IMG/VR virus record: IMGVR_UViG_3300036766_000194
Span: 1-64,000 of that record
Reading direction: 5' to 3' (one strand)
DNA: 64,000 nt
The notes below the pieces were generated by a model. That model had not been told where the DNA came from. It worked only from the letters and a program-made list of their open reading frames with translations, and did no database searches. Positions 1-8,734 of this stretch are shown one piece after another. Numbering within the stretch: the first letter of the stretch is position 1; every line of letters begins with the position of its first letter. Both the position numbers and the translations under genes were made by a program.

Positions 1-1241
1 ATGACCAAGGGAACAAAGTTCAGCGTGATCTGGCTGAATACGATGTTTTGGTGCGGGACTTAACCGGGCGGGAAATTCTCAAGAAGGTATTGGCGAAACA
101 CCCAGGACCGTTCTTAAACTCAACGACTCTACAGAGAAAGCCGTTTGGTCCTCGTACAACGGACAGATATTTTGACGAATCCCAAATGACCGCGTTGAAC
201 GGGTCATTGAATCTGGTGCCGTGTTTGACAAAAGGCGGGAAGACTCTCTGGGTGGAATCTTCTAAAGTAGATGCCAACCAGGACGCCATAGGACTTTGGA
301 AAGTGGTAGTTCCCGCCGCGTCTGGCCCTACCCCGCGTCCTGATGCTCTAGGCCGATTCATCCTTCTAGGCAACACTGGTTGGATACTTCCGCCAGGTTC
401 CGTCTGTAGCGAAACCTATCTCGTGGTTTTCACATCTTTAGATGAGGAAGAAGCCAAACGAGCACTGGTTTTTGTTCGTTCAAAACTTTCTCAATTCCTG
501 TTGTATCTTCACGCTGGAGGTAATAACGTAAGTCAAAAGTCCTTCTCCTTCGTCCCTCTTATGGACCTCAGCCAATCCTGGGACGACGCCAAACTGGCGG
601 CCCATTTCAATCTCACAGCTGAAGAAGTCGCCTACATAGAAAGCAAAATCAAATGAGGATCTTATGAAGTTGAGCAGTTTCATCCGAGAGCAGCTATCCC
701 ATCCCAAACGAATCATTGTGGTTGGAAATCCGCCGTACCAGAAGGGCGCGGGGCGGCTTTCCACCACCCTCTATCACAAATTCATCGAAGCCGCACAGGA
801 GTTCGCGGAAGAAGTTCTCTTTGTGATCCCCTCCCGTTGGTACGCCGGGGGCAAGGGATTAGACGGATTTCGCAAAGCCACGCTCACCGAAGGCCACGTA
901 TACCAATTACGTGATTTCGCAGATGCGAGAGCCATATTTCCAAACGTTGACATCTCAGGTGGTGTTTGTTTTCTCCACTGGAAGAAGGACTACACGGGGC
1001 TGTGCAATTGGACGGATGACCAAGGGAACAAAGTTCAGCGTGATCTGGCTGAATACGATGTTTTGGTGCGGGACTTAACCGGGCGGGAAATTCTCAAGAA
1101 GGTATTGGCGAAACACCCAGGACCGTTCTTAAACTCAACGACTCTACAGAGAAAGCCGTTTGGTCCTCGTACAACGGACAGATATTTTGACGAATCCCAA
1201 ATGACCGCGTTGAACGGGTCATTGAATCTGGTGCCGTGTTT
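1..1241 (+). repeat. Direct repeat of at least 226 bp (1-226 = 1016-1241) between tandem MTase paralogs
   Basis: Base-by-base identity at offset 1015. Sequences then diverge and reconverge in gaagaagtcgcctacatagaaagcaaaatcaa at both 3' ends. Confidence 0.95.
3..656 (+). CDS. 5'-partial Eco57I/TaqI-like adenine methyltransferase catalytic/specificity half (copy A)
   Basis: Open frame runs off the window start. nt 1-226 are identical to 1016-1241 of the NPPY gene downstream. C-terminus WDDAKLA...EEVAYIESKIK is shared. Confidence 0.8.
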   Translation, partial: DQGNKVQRDLAEYDVLVRDLTGREILKKVLAKHPGPFLNSTTLQRKPFGPRTTDRYFDESQMTALNGSLNLVPCLTKGGKTLWVESSKVDANQDAIGLWKVVVPAASGPTPRPDALGRFILLGNTGWILPPGSVCSETYLVVFTSLDEEEAKRALVFVRSKLSQFLLYLHAGGNNVSQKSFSFVPLMDLSQSWDDAKLAAHFNLTAEEVAYIESKIK

Positions 1242-1668
1242 AACCGCCAGGGGGAAAATGCTCTGGGTTGAGGCCGTTAGAGTGGATTCTAATCAAGACG
1301 CCGTAGGTCTTTGGAAAGTGGTCACTGCTGCCGCTGGAGCAGCCAGCGGACGAGCCGGGAACGACGGCAAGTACAACATCATCGGTAACTCGTGCCACCT
1401 GTTGCCACCGGGAACGGTTTGCACGGAGACCTTTCTGGTGTTATTCTCTTCGGCGGAAGAAATCCAAGCAACAGTCTTCCTTGCGTACCTTCGCACCAGA
1501 TTTGCTCAATTCTTGTTGAGCTTGCGCGCCACCATGAATTTGAGCGCTTCCTCTTTCTCCTGGGTGCCGCTTCTCGACTTCACCCAATCCTGGGACGACG
1601 CCAAGCTCGCCGTCCACTTCGGCCTCACGCCGGAAGAAGTCGCCTACATAGAAAGCAAAATCAAGTGA
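664..1668 (+). CDS. N6-adenine DNA methyltransferase, motif IV plus target-recognition half (copy B)
   Basis: IVVGNPPY motif IV, LYHKFIE, VIPSRWY, FPNVDISGGVC. No SAM-binding motif I in this ORF. Confidence 0.85.
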   Translation: MKLSSFIREQLSHPKRIIVVGNPPYQKGAGRLSTTLYHKFIEAAQEFAEEVLFVIPSRWYAGGKGLDGFRKATLTEGHVYQLRDFADARAIFPNVDISGGVCFLHWKKDYTGLCNWTDDQGNKVQRDLAEYDVLVRDLTGREILKKVLAKHPGPFLNSTTLQRKPFGPRTTDRYFDESQMTALNGSLNLVPCLTARGKMLWVEAVRVDSNQDAVGLWKVVTAAAGAASGRAGNDGKYNIIGNSCHLLPPGTVCTETFLVLFSSAEEIQATVFLAYLRTRFAQFLLSLRATMNLSASSFSWVPLLDFTQSWDDAKLAVHFGLTPEEVAYIESKIK

Positions 1669-2129
1669 TCCACACCAAACAAAAAATCGCAGATTTCGGT
1701 GAAGTCTTCACCTCGGCTAAGACCGTGGAAGAGATGCTCGATATGCTTGACTGGGGTGACCCCGGTAGTGTCTTTGTGGAAACTTCCTGCGGTGAAGGGG
1801 CTTTTCTAACGGCTATTTTACGCAGGCGCGTGGAGGCCCTAAAGACAAGTCATACCCTGCGCCAAGCTCTCAGCATCACCCTCAATACTGTGTGGGGTCG
1901 GGAGATACAACGTAAAAATGCTCAAGCCTGCCTCCACCGTCTTCACAGTGTGGTAGCTGAATATACCGATGATGAAGAATTTCTTCTCTACGCGGCGGCT
2001 GTCCTTCAGTATCAAATCAAGTGCGGGGACGGCTTAAAATTCAAGATGGGACCGTGCTTTGACCAACTTCCCGAAGATGTCAAAAAGCACAGGATAGACA
2101 AGATACGAACGCACAACCAGCGTCGCTAA
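1665..2129 (+). CDS. Stand-alone SAM-binding half of an adenine methyltransferase (motifs X/I)
   Basis: GTG start overlaps the TGA of the upstream gene (GTGA). FGEVFTS and VETSCGEGAFL motifs. Confidence 0.8.
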   Translation: MIHTKQKIADFGEVFTSAKTVEEMLDMLDWGDPGSVFVETSCGEGAFLTAILRRRVEALKTSHTLRQALSITLNTVWGREIQRKNAQACLHRLHSVVAEYTDDEEFLLYAAAVLQYQIKCGDGLKFKMGPCFDQLPEDVKKHRIDKIRTHNQRR

Positions 2130-3010
2130 TAATAATATCGAAGTTTGCGTAATTCACCTAGTCGTATTGCTTCATAACGATTAAACTCGCATAAACATCC
2201 CTGCATGTCTTGCGCATCTAGAACTTTTTCTAATTTCAATTCTTGACGTAATTGATTGACTTCATTTGCCCATTGAAGTTGTTCTGCTAGAGTCATATCT
2301 ATCATTCGCCAGAAACCACCCTTACTTCGTGTTCCCTGTTTTGTGGTACTCATGCTGGTTAGCCAAGGGAGGCCGTTTACTCGGTTCAATCCACGAACTG
2401 AGCCTGGACCGGGTACTACAAAAGTCCACCAATCTCTGGCCCCGCGTAACCACTTAGTATATTTCAAGTCAGCTATAATCTGAGAACTGAACCACGGGCC
2501 TATGTTTTTTGTTTTTGACAAACGTGCATGGTAACTAGCTAAGGCTTCATTTTCAACTGGCCGCAAATTTATTCGTTGCTCCCAAATTGGAGAGAGTACA
2601 ATATCTGCTAGCAGTTGAGATTGAGTACCCTTATGACCGGGCACCACCAGCTGGTAGGCTTGAGTATTTAGGGTCTTTTCACCCCGCGCTTTACGGTCCC
2701 TGAGAATTGTCTTAAATTTACTTGGATCCCATGGTACGGGATAACCGAGTTCCTCTAAAGTTTCAGTGTGATTAGTTCCCCGGCGAGCAACAAGGAGAGC
2801 AAACCACAAATCTGGGTCGTTTTCATGGGGATCACGCCAGTTGATTTTAATCCACTTAGAAACTTTGTCATCCTCTCGTCGTAAATTACAGAAAAAATGA
2901 TGCTGTAGTATCATATCTTCTGTCCAAGGTCGTGGCTCCCCAGCCTCCTTTTTGACCCGGATGCGTTCTCTTTCAACCATGAAGATTCGTAATGGTTCTA
3001 AATTTTTCAT
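2126..3010 (-). CDS. aGPT-Pplase1 / 5-hmdU DNA kinase helical-domain family protein (copy 1)
   Basis: ERERIRVKKEAGEPRPWTEDMILQHHFFCNLRREDD, IADLKYT, PGPGSVRGLNR and D.QGCLCEF match this DNA-glycosylase-fold family. Start placed at ATG 3010. Confidence 0.75.
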   Translation of the reverse strand: MKNLEPLRIFMVERERIRVKKEAGEPRPWTEDMILQHHFFCNLRREDDKVSKWIKINWRDPHENDPDLWFALLVARRGTNHTETLEELGYPVPWDPSKFKTILRDRKARGEKTLNTQAYQLVVPGHKGTQSQLLADIVLSPIWEQRINLRPVENEALASYHARLSKTKNIGPWFSSQIIADLKYTKWLRGARDWWTFVVPGPGSVRGLNRVNGLPWLTSMSTTKQGTRSKGGFWRMIDMTLAEQLQWANEVNQLRQELKLEKVLDAQDMQGCLCEFNRYEAIRLGELRKLRYYY

Positions 3011-3405
3011 CCGACTATTTCTTTCTGACTGAGCCGATTTTGACAACCTATATTGCGTGAAATTATGATTTTTGCTCGTTTAATAGCTTTTGGATTTTGA
3101 GTTATGGATTGAACAAAAGTCAGTAGTCGTTTACGACAAGTCGTGATGTTTTTCTTTTGAATTTCTCCTGCAAATATAGTCTCAAGAGCAGTTAATACGG
3201 CTTCCTCCGTTCCTCCCAATGCTTGAGTTCGTTTCTGAAGCAATTGAATTACAATGGCCCCATCACCACAAGTTGGCTCAAGTAATATAGCACTTACATC
3301 TCCCCAGATTTTGACAGGTAATTGGTTGAGAGCTAAGGATACCAATGGATCAGGACTAAATACTTCCCCGAATTTTCGTACTTGTTTTCGTTTCCCCTGT
3401 TTCAT
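3007..3405 (-). CDS. Second stand-alone SAM-binding methyltransferase half
   Basis: KFGEVFSP and LEPTCGDGAI motifs. Coupled to the stop of the upstream gene (TAAcATG). Confidence 0.75.
   Translation of the reverse strand: MKQGKRKQVRKFGEVFSPDPLVSLALNQLPVKIWGDVSAILLEPTCGDGAIVIQLLQKRTQALGGTEEAVLTALETIFAGEIQKKNITTCRKRLLTFVQSITQNPKAIKRAKIIISRNIGCQNRLSQKEIVG
3011..3035 (+). repeat. 25-bp direct repeat, copy 1
   Basis: ccgactatttctttctgactgagcc, identical to 5632-5656. Confidence 0.95.
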
Positions 3406-3406
3406 G

Positions 3407-5179
3407 TTATTCCGTCATCAAGGCAAGAATAGCCGGGAGTTCACTTTCAAGATCAAGGTGCTTTGCCGTTTCTGTGATACTCCAAGATCTGGCTAAATCA
3501 AAATAAGGTAGGATGTTAAATCGCTCCTGACACACATCTGTGGTCCCTGTGTATTGCTCAAGCGCGTAGCGAAAGATGGGATTGTTTATGATTGCGCGAC
3601 CATTTTCCATGCTCTGCGCAGACCCTTCTGCCAAAACTAAATACTCCTCACCACACCTAACGCCGGGGTTGAGTACCTTTGCGCCGTTATGACCTCGTAA
3701 AAGGCCTCTTGCCACTAAGGGGACTAAACCATAAGTACAGCTTCTTCCTATGATTAAAGTGGATTCACTTGGGGAAGGAAATTTGAATGCAGAATCAGCG
3801 ACAAACTGAATTGTCCCTCCTGTCAATTTACCAGCAGTGGTGAAAACTGGAGCAGTTCCTGGAGGAAGTTTGCTATAGCCGCATACATAGGGGTCGCGTA
3901 CCCCAAAGCGCGACAGACTGGCTCCGGCCCAAGGGCCATGACGTTCAACAGCGGCCAAAAGTTTCTTGATAATCGTAACAGCAAGAGTGGTATTGGGTAT
4001 TACCGGGAGTTCGTTCAAATTACGCTGCTCCGCCTGTTGTCCATATATACAAAATTCTGCTAGGGGGCGGCCTTGGTGATTTTTGTCCCAGTAAACAATA
4101 TCAAGCCCCAAATCAGGATTTGCGTCCAACCATTCTTTAGGATGGGGAAGATGTAGAATACGATACACGCCGGGAAGATACTTAGCTCGCACCTTTTCAT
4201 GCTGCAAACTCCAACGCCAACGGGCTGGGGCAATATCAACCATCATATCCGGGTTGTCTTTTAAGTCACGGTCAATAAAGCTCCACCATTGACCAAAGGG
4301 GTGGTTTTTTATGAGTATTAAGGGCATACTTGTTAATACCTGATTTGATTGGAGATGATCAATATCTATTCCCCACCTATCTAAAACAGAATACATGACT
4401 TGAGGGTATGTAAGTGGTTGGCGGTTTTTATCAGTAAGACCCCCAACTCGTAGCCGTGAAATGATTGAGGGATCAAGTTTTAATAATCCCAGGACAAACG
4501 CTCCGTCTCGCTCCGACAAAACTTGAATATTGCTTGTAGGTATGCGATCAACTAATCGGGTATCATCAAGCGCGACTGTTACAAGTTCCCGGCTATTCAC
4601 AGGATGTACTACAGCCTTCACTTGACCCCTATTTGCGCTACTTCTCTTTTTATTGGATGGGGCATAAATTTTAGATAATTCACTTTCAAAGGTTGGGTTT
4701 TGGGGCGATTTTGTGACACTGGAAGGTAGAAGCGAATCGGGGTTAATTAATTCGTAGATAAATCCCCGCACTGGATCTGCTTTATACTTCCAAAGTTCAA
4801 ACGGATAAGCTACGAAACTTCCGTTGGCATCTTGGTAAAAGGACCTTTGGAGTAATCGAACAAACCGGGAGCCATACCCTGTTGCCACAAACTTGATAGG
4901 GCCGCTTTTTCCGTATCGTTCTTGAATGCGTAGAAAGTATTCTTCTCCGCGTGCAGTGTGACCATCATCAAGGTCGTGTACCATGGCCTCAATGGGTCCG
5001 AAATTCTCTTTGTTTTTATAGAGAATATCTGTCCTACCCCCACCAGAAAGGGTAACTTCGCGCTCCCCCGTTTCTGCGCCCAAAATGGACAAGTGGCGTA
5101 GGATATGTTCTTGAAGATCATCTTCATTATAATCTGGAATCATTACGGGCATGGCAGCGAGTTGACGTAGAGGATCCAT
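3407..5179 (-). CDS. PD-(D/E)XK (NucS-like) nuclease fused to a divergent MTase catalytic/specificity region
   Basis: N-terminal GRTDILY...IEAM...DDGH. Central IKNHPF...APARWRW aligns by eye with GNPPY...IPSRWY. C-terminus EEYLVL...PYFDLARSW aligns with the ETYLVV...PLMDLSQSW specificity domain. Confidence 0.6.
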   Translation of the reverse strand: MDPLRQLAAMPVMIPDYNEDDLQEHILRHLSILGAETGEREVTLSGGGRTDILYKNKENFGPIEAMVHDLDDGHTARGEEYFLRIQERYGKSGPIKFVATGYGSRFVRLLQRSFYQDANGSFVAYPFELWKYKADPVRGFIYELINPDSLLPSSVTKSPQNPTFESELSKIYAPSNKKRSSANRGQVKAVVHPVNSRELVTVALDDTRLVDRIPTSNIQVLSERDGAFVLGLLKLDPSIISRLRVGGLTDKNRQPLTYPQVMYSVLDRWGIDIDHLQSNQVLTSMPLILIKNHPFGQWWSFIDRDLKDNPDMMVDIAPARWRWSLQHEKVRAKYLPGVYRILHLPHPKEWLDANPDLGLDIVYWDKNHQGRPLAEFCIYGQQAEQRNLNELPVIPNTTLAVTIIKKLLAAVERHGPWAGASLSRFGVRDPYVCGYSKLPPGTAPVFTTAGKLTGGTIQFVADSAFKFPSPSESTLIIGRSCTYGLVPLVARGLLRGHNGAKVLNPGVRCGEEYLVLAEGSAQSMENGRAIINNPIFRYALEQYTGTTDVCQERFNILPYFDLARSWSITETAKHLDLESELPAILALMTE

Positions 5180-5631
5180 ATAGATATTCTACCGAACAGG
5201 ACGAAAAATAGCTATTCATTTCTACGCTGCTGTTGCTGAAGCAGCCAACCATCGTATCTTTTTGCAGAATTGACGCTGTTCTCTTAACCCCTTCGAAGTC
5301 ACCTTGTGCTCTTCCCGAGTGGGGTAGCAGGTGTTGCACTTGTCGGCTGCCAGTTTCTTGCGTTTCTTTGGTCCCCGAGTCTTTTTCTCAACGACCTTGA
5401 CTTCCGAGGCGGCAATCTCCCTGAGGTCACCCTTGCCCTTGCGAGCTTCCTTAGAACGTCCGTCTTTGCAAGCCTCTTGAGTTAATACTGGAATTTTGAC
5501 CTCGGGGTCGATTTTGCAAGGCTTGAAATTTGAACAATTGCCCGCTTGCTGGGAACTAACTCGCCGTGCGGAATGAACTTATCAGCCCTGCTCGGCACTA
5601 AGTGTGATAGCGCGAGCGTTGAATCTAAACG

Positions 5632-5656
5632 CCGACTATTTCTTTCTGACTGAGCC
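5632..5656 (+). repeat. 25-bp direct repeat, copy 2
   Basis: Identical to 3011-3035. Confidence 0.95.
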
Positions 5657-5719
5657 TACGGAAGTTAGTGAATCGCTAATGAAGAGGCTTTAGAAGGTAT
5701 TATAAAGTGAGGGAACGCT

Positions 5720-6646
5720 GTGTCGGATAATCAGTTACAAAGACTGCTGGATTTTATGGTAGAGCGGGAGCATATCCGAAAACTCAAGGATTCCGGACAA
5801 CTGTGGCCTTGGTCAAACGATCTCATCTTTCAGAATTTCTTCATTAGCAATCTCCGCTGTGAAGACGACAAAACAACGCGATGGCTGAAAACTAACTGGC
5901 GTGACCCCCACGAGGACAATCCTGATCTTTGGTTCTCAGAAGTCATCTTTCGACGTGGTATAAATTTCCCAGCCACTGCAGCAGAATTAGGCTTTCCCGT
6001 CCCCTGGAATCCTGAGAAATTCAAGAAAGTCGTAGAGGCTCGCAAGGCTCAAAAGCTCCCTTGGTGTAATGGTCGAGCCTATAAGCTGATGGTCGGACAC
6101 AAGAAGTCTTCTGGGGGTTTTCACGGTTCCCAGGAAGACATGTTAGTTCACTATGTATTCAATCCCGTTTGGGAATTGCGTAAGGATCTTCGTGTTCAGG
6201 TGAAAGAATCTATCGCTCACTATTTTGATCGTCTATCAAAAGCTCCCTGGATGGGTGGTTGGTACAGTTACCGTGTGATTTGTGACTTGAAATACACAAA
6301 ATGGTTGCGCGGCGCAGACGACTGGTGGAAATTTGTGGTGCCCGGCCCCGGTAGTATCCGAGGATTAAATAGAATTTTAGGGAGGCCCATTAACCAAAAT
6401 CTTCTACTCGCGCCACCTGGTCAGACAGGTGTTCTCCCAAGATTCACCGCAGCCGAACGCATTGCTTGGATTGAAGAAGTCAATGTTTTGAGATTAATAG
6501 TGGCGGCTTTGGGGTTCAATGAACCAGAACTCACCGGAATCACCGCTCAAACAATGGGTGGGGCACTTTGTGAGTTTGACAAGTATGAACGGATTCGTTT
6601 AGGAGACGGTGGTAAGGTTCGACCCTATTGTCACCAATCGCTGTAG
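5720..6646 (+). CDS. aGPT-Pplase1 / 5-hmdU DNA kinase helical-domain family protein (copy 2)
   Basis: Paralog of 2126-3010 (NWRDPHE.NPDLWF, DLKYTKWLRGA.DWW.FVVPGPGS.RGLNR, LCEFDKY). GTG start after gggaacgct. Confidence 0.75.
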   Translation: MSDNQLQRLLDFMVEREHIRKLKDSGQLWPWSNDLIFQNFFISNLRCEDDKTTRWLKTNWRDPHEDNPDLWFSEVIFRRGINFPATAAELGFPVPWNPEKFKKVVEARKAQKLPWCNGRAYKLMVGHKKSSGGFHGSQEDMLVHYVFNPVWELRKDLRVQVKESIAHYFDRLSKAPWMGGWYSYRVICDLKYTKWLRGADDWWKFVVPGPGSIRGLNRILGRPINQNLLLAPPGQTGVLPRFTAAERIAWIEEVNVLRLIVAALGFNEPELTGITAQTMGGALCEFDKYERIRLGDGGKVRPYCHQSL

Positions 6647-7309
6647 TACACGATCTTCTCTGGTTACACGATCTAATCCTAAAATCTTGTCAGAAAACGG
6701 GTTAGAGTTGAAGGTAAAGCACTTTCTCCAACCAAATTCAGCAGATTCTCCAGAAGGACGTTTGGCATTCATGGATGCGCCCACTCTCCTAAGTTCATTC
6801 CAATATTCAGCTTGCAAGCCCCTCATGGCTTCGGAGACAAGATCGGAACCCTGAGCAAAAGTGAAACGGGATAGTTTGCTGCTCGCGAAAACATAAATCG
6901 TGTTCCTTGCTGGGAGATTGTCGTTCAGGGTAGGACGCCCGTCCTTTGAAGACTTAATATCAATGAAGATTAGCTGTTTTCCAAAGATGAATACAAAGTC
7001 AGGAGAGGCCTGAGTTCCGAAGGGTTCCCTTACAAAGCCGTCGGGCAGCATCCACACACCTGAGTCGTGGTCGTTAAACGCCTTTTTCCAAGCCTTGGCT
7101 CTGTTTGCTTTTTTCCAACCCTTTTTGGGCGCTGGTCCCGGAGGAAAGGGAAATTGTTGTAATCCGAATCGCGCCGCCGTTTCTTCGATTACTCCTTCAG
7201 CTTGTTCACGGACCTTGCGCACCACCCCGTTATCTACCGAGAAAGACTGTTTCTGGAGGGTCTCAAAAATCTCCGTCAAAGCTGTTTTAGGTTGACCTGT
7301 TGTTATCAC
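6599..7309 (-). CDS. PD-(D/E)XK restriction endonuclease-like protein
   Basis: PFGTQASPDF...FIDIKSSK...P..NDNLP catalytic pattern. GTG start at 7309 after RBS ggagg. Confidence 0.65.
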   Translation of the reverse strand: MITTGQPKTALTEIFETLQKQSFSVDNGVVRKVREQAEGVIEETAARFGLQQFPFPPGPAPKKGWKKANRAKAWKKAFNDHDSGVWMLPDGFVREPFGTQASPDFVFIFGKQLIFIDIKSSKDGRPTLNDNLPARNTIYVFASSKLSRFTFAQGSDLVSEAMRGLQAEYWNELRRVGASMNAKRPSGESAEFGWRKCFTFNSNPFSDKILGLDRVTREDRVLQRLVTIGSNLTTVS

Positions 7310-7613
7310 AGCGTTCCTCCACATCTAATCGGACCCTCAAATTATTGTGGCGAAAGGCGGCTTCAAAGATAACAAGCACTTCGAGGTCTTTCATGAGGTT
7401 GGCGGTTTCGGCCACTGCTTTATCAAAGTCTAAAGTCTCCACTAGTACCCCACCAGGAAAACTACTTCGCGCCAACGCACCCACGATATTGCCTTGCTCT
7501 TTGATGCCAATACCGATTTCTTCTCCCAGCTGAGGCTGATTGATTTGCAGCCACTCGCGCTTGAGGCATTGACGTCCTGCTATGAATTTTGACTTTGAGA
7601 TGTGAACCAACAC
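7287..7613 (-). pseudogene. Truncated DUF2779/Cas4-like nuclease N-terminus
   Basis: ISKSKFIAGRQCLKREWL...FPGGVLV...IFEAAF...RVRLDV matches the family N-terminus, but the ORF stops at 108 aa. Confidence 0.6.
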
Positions 7614-7701
7614 GAATCCTCCAAATTATACTCTACTCGGATGGAGTGAAAAGAGTTATTGATTAGCTGCTTTAACTTTCTAGCTCGTAGAATGAAGCCA
7701 C

Positions 7702-8649
7702 ATGAATACTCCTCTCATTGACGCCTCCTATAAGAAGAAGCCTCATCACAGTGCTTTCTATTTTCAAAAGTTTTCCGAAATGAAAGATCTTCTTGAGAAG
7801 TCTCTCTCCTCCAAACACATATGGAATGTTGAGTATGAAGAAATTAAGCACTTCTTCTCCTCTGTTTGCGAAGGAGCCATGGATCAAGTTAGTCAACAGT
7901 TCAACGATGCCAATCGTGATCCTAAATTCACTCGCTGGCCCGACGATCCACGCAACCTAATCCCTTACTTTTTTGGTCCTCACCTTGCCGAATCTTATCT
8001 CAAGCGTCTTCTCAAGTGGCAGAAAAAAGAGAACTATCCGAAGATGCAAGAGATGATTGATCTCTACACAGAAGTTGCCGCCATCTATGACCAATTGAAA
8101 CAAGTCAAGCCTTTTATCGAAAAGGGTCGCAAACCGGACCCCAATGCTCCTCCTCCTGATCTTACTCACACGGGTCAGTGTGGAATCTGTATGCGCGTCA
8201 TCAAATTGGGTCCGGGAAATTTTATGGTAGCTCATGGATTTCAAATTAGTGGAGGTTACGGACACTATTTTGGTTATCGCCAAGGAAACTGCTTTGGAGT
8301 TAAGTACCAACCGCTGGAACTTTCCAACAAGGCCAATATAGCATTTAAGAAGAACTTGGAAGGCCAACTTAAATCCAATGAAGAACATCTCTCCGATTTG
8401 AAGGCTGGTCATCCTTCTTTGCTTTGGGAAGGCTATAAGCAAAACAAGATTGTTAAGGAATGGACTACAGACACCGATCCTCGTTATGCGAAACTGCATT
8501 CAGACTCCATACGAAATACGGAGCGGGATATCAAATATCTCAAGGATTATATACAAGATCAAGAGAGAATCATAACGAATTGGGTGGCGACGCCGCTCAA
8601 GCACGGCGGGCACAGCGCAAAAGTTTTGTCTTTTCTTAAAAAGAATTAG
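7702..8649 (+). CDS. Hypothetical phage protein with CxxC motif
   Basis: 315-aa ORF with CGICMR...HGF...GNCFGV segment. Confidence 0.75.
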   Translation: MNTPLIDASYKKKPHHSAFYFQKFSEMKDLLEKSLSSKHIWNVEYEEIKHFFSSVCEGAMDQVSQQFNDANRDPKFTRWPDDPRNLIPYFFGPHLAESYLKRLLKWQKKENYPKMQEMIDLYTEVAAIYDQLKQVKPFIEKGRKPDPNAPPPDLTHTGQCGICMRVIKLGPGNFMVAHGFQISGGYGHYFGYRQGNCFGVKYQPLELSNKANIAFKKNLEGQLKSNEEHLSDLKAGHPSLLWEGYKQNKIVKEWTTDTDPRYAKLHSDSIRNTERDIKYLKDYIQDQERIITNWVATPLKHGGHSAKVLSFLKKN

Positions 8650-8720
8650 CTTTTCTAGAAATCCACACGTAGAATATCTTTAGAAAAGCGATAATGAATT
8701 TGTGATTTGAACTTTTTCTG

Positions 8721-8728
8721 AGTATTAT
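8721..8728 (+). promoter_or_regulatory. -10-like element (AGTATTAT) 14 nt before the RNA/tRNA operon
   Basis: Same 14-nt spacing to a gene or RNA start as at 14097, 19358, 33445, 38540 and 59165. Confidence 0.5.
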
Positions 8729-8734
8729 ACAGTT

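Noticed and set aside
20-376. Minus-strand and alternate-frame ORFs over the MTase genes (also 480-767, 1293-1496, and the 1392 start)
   Set aside because: Shadows of motif-bearing genes. The real third gene starts at GTG 1665.
5223-5578. Start-less basic, Cys-containing minus-strand open frame (CKIDPEVK...KCNTC...)
   Set aside because: No start codon after the upstream TAA and no recognisable family. At most a remnant.
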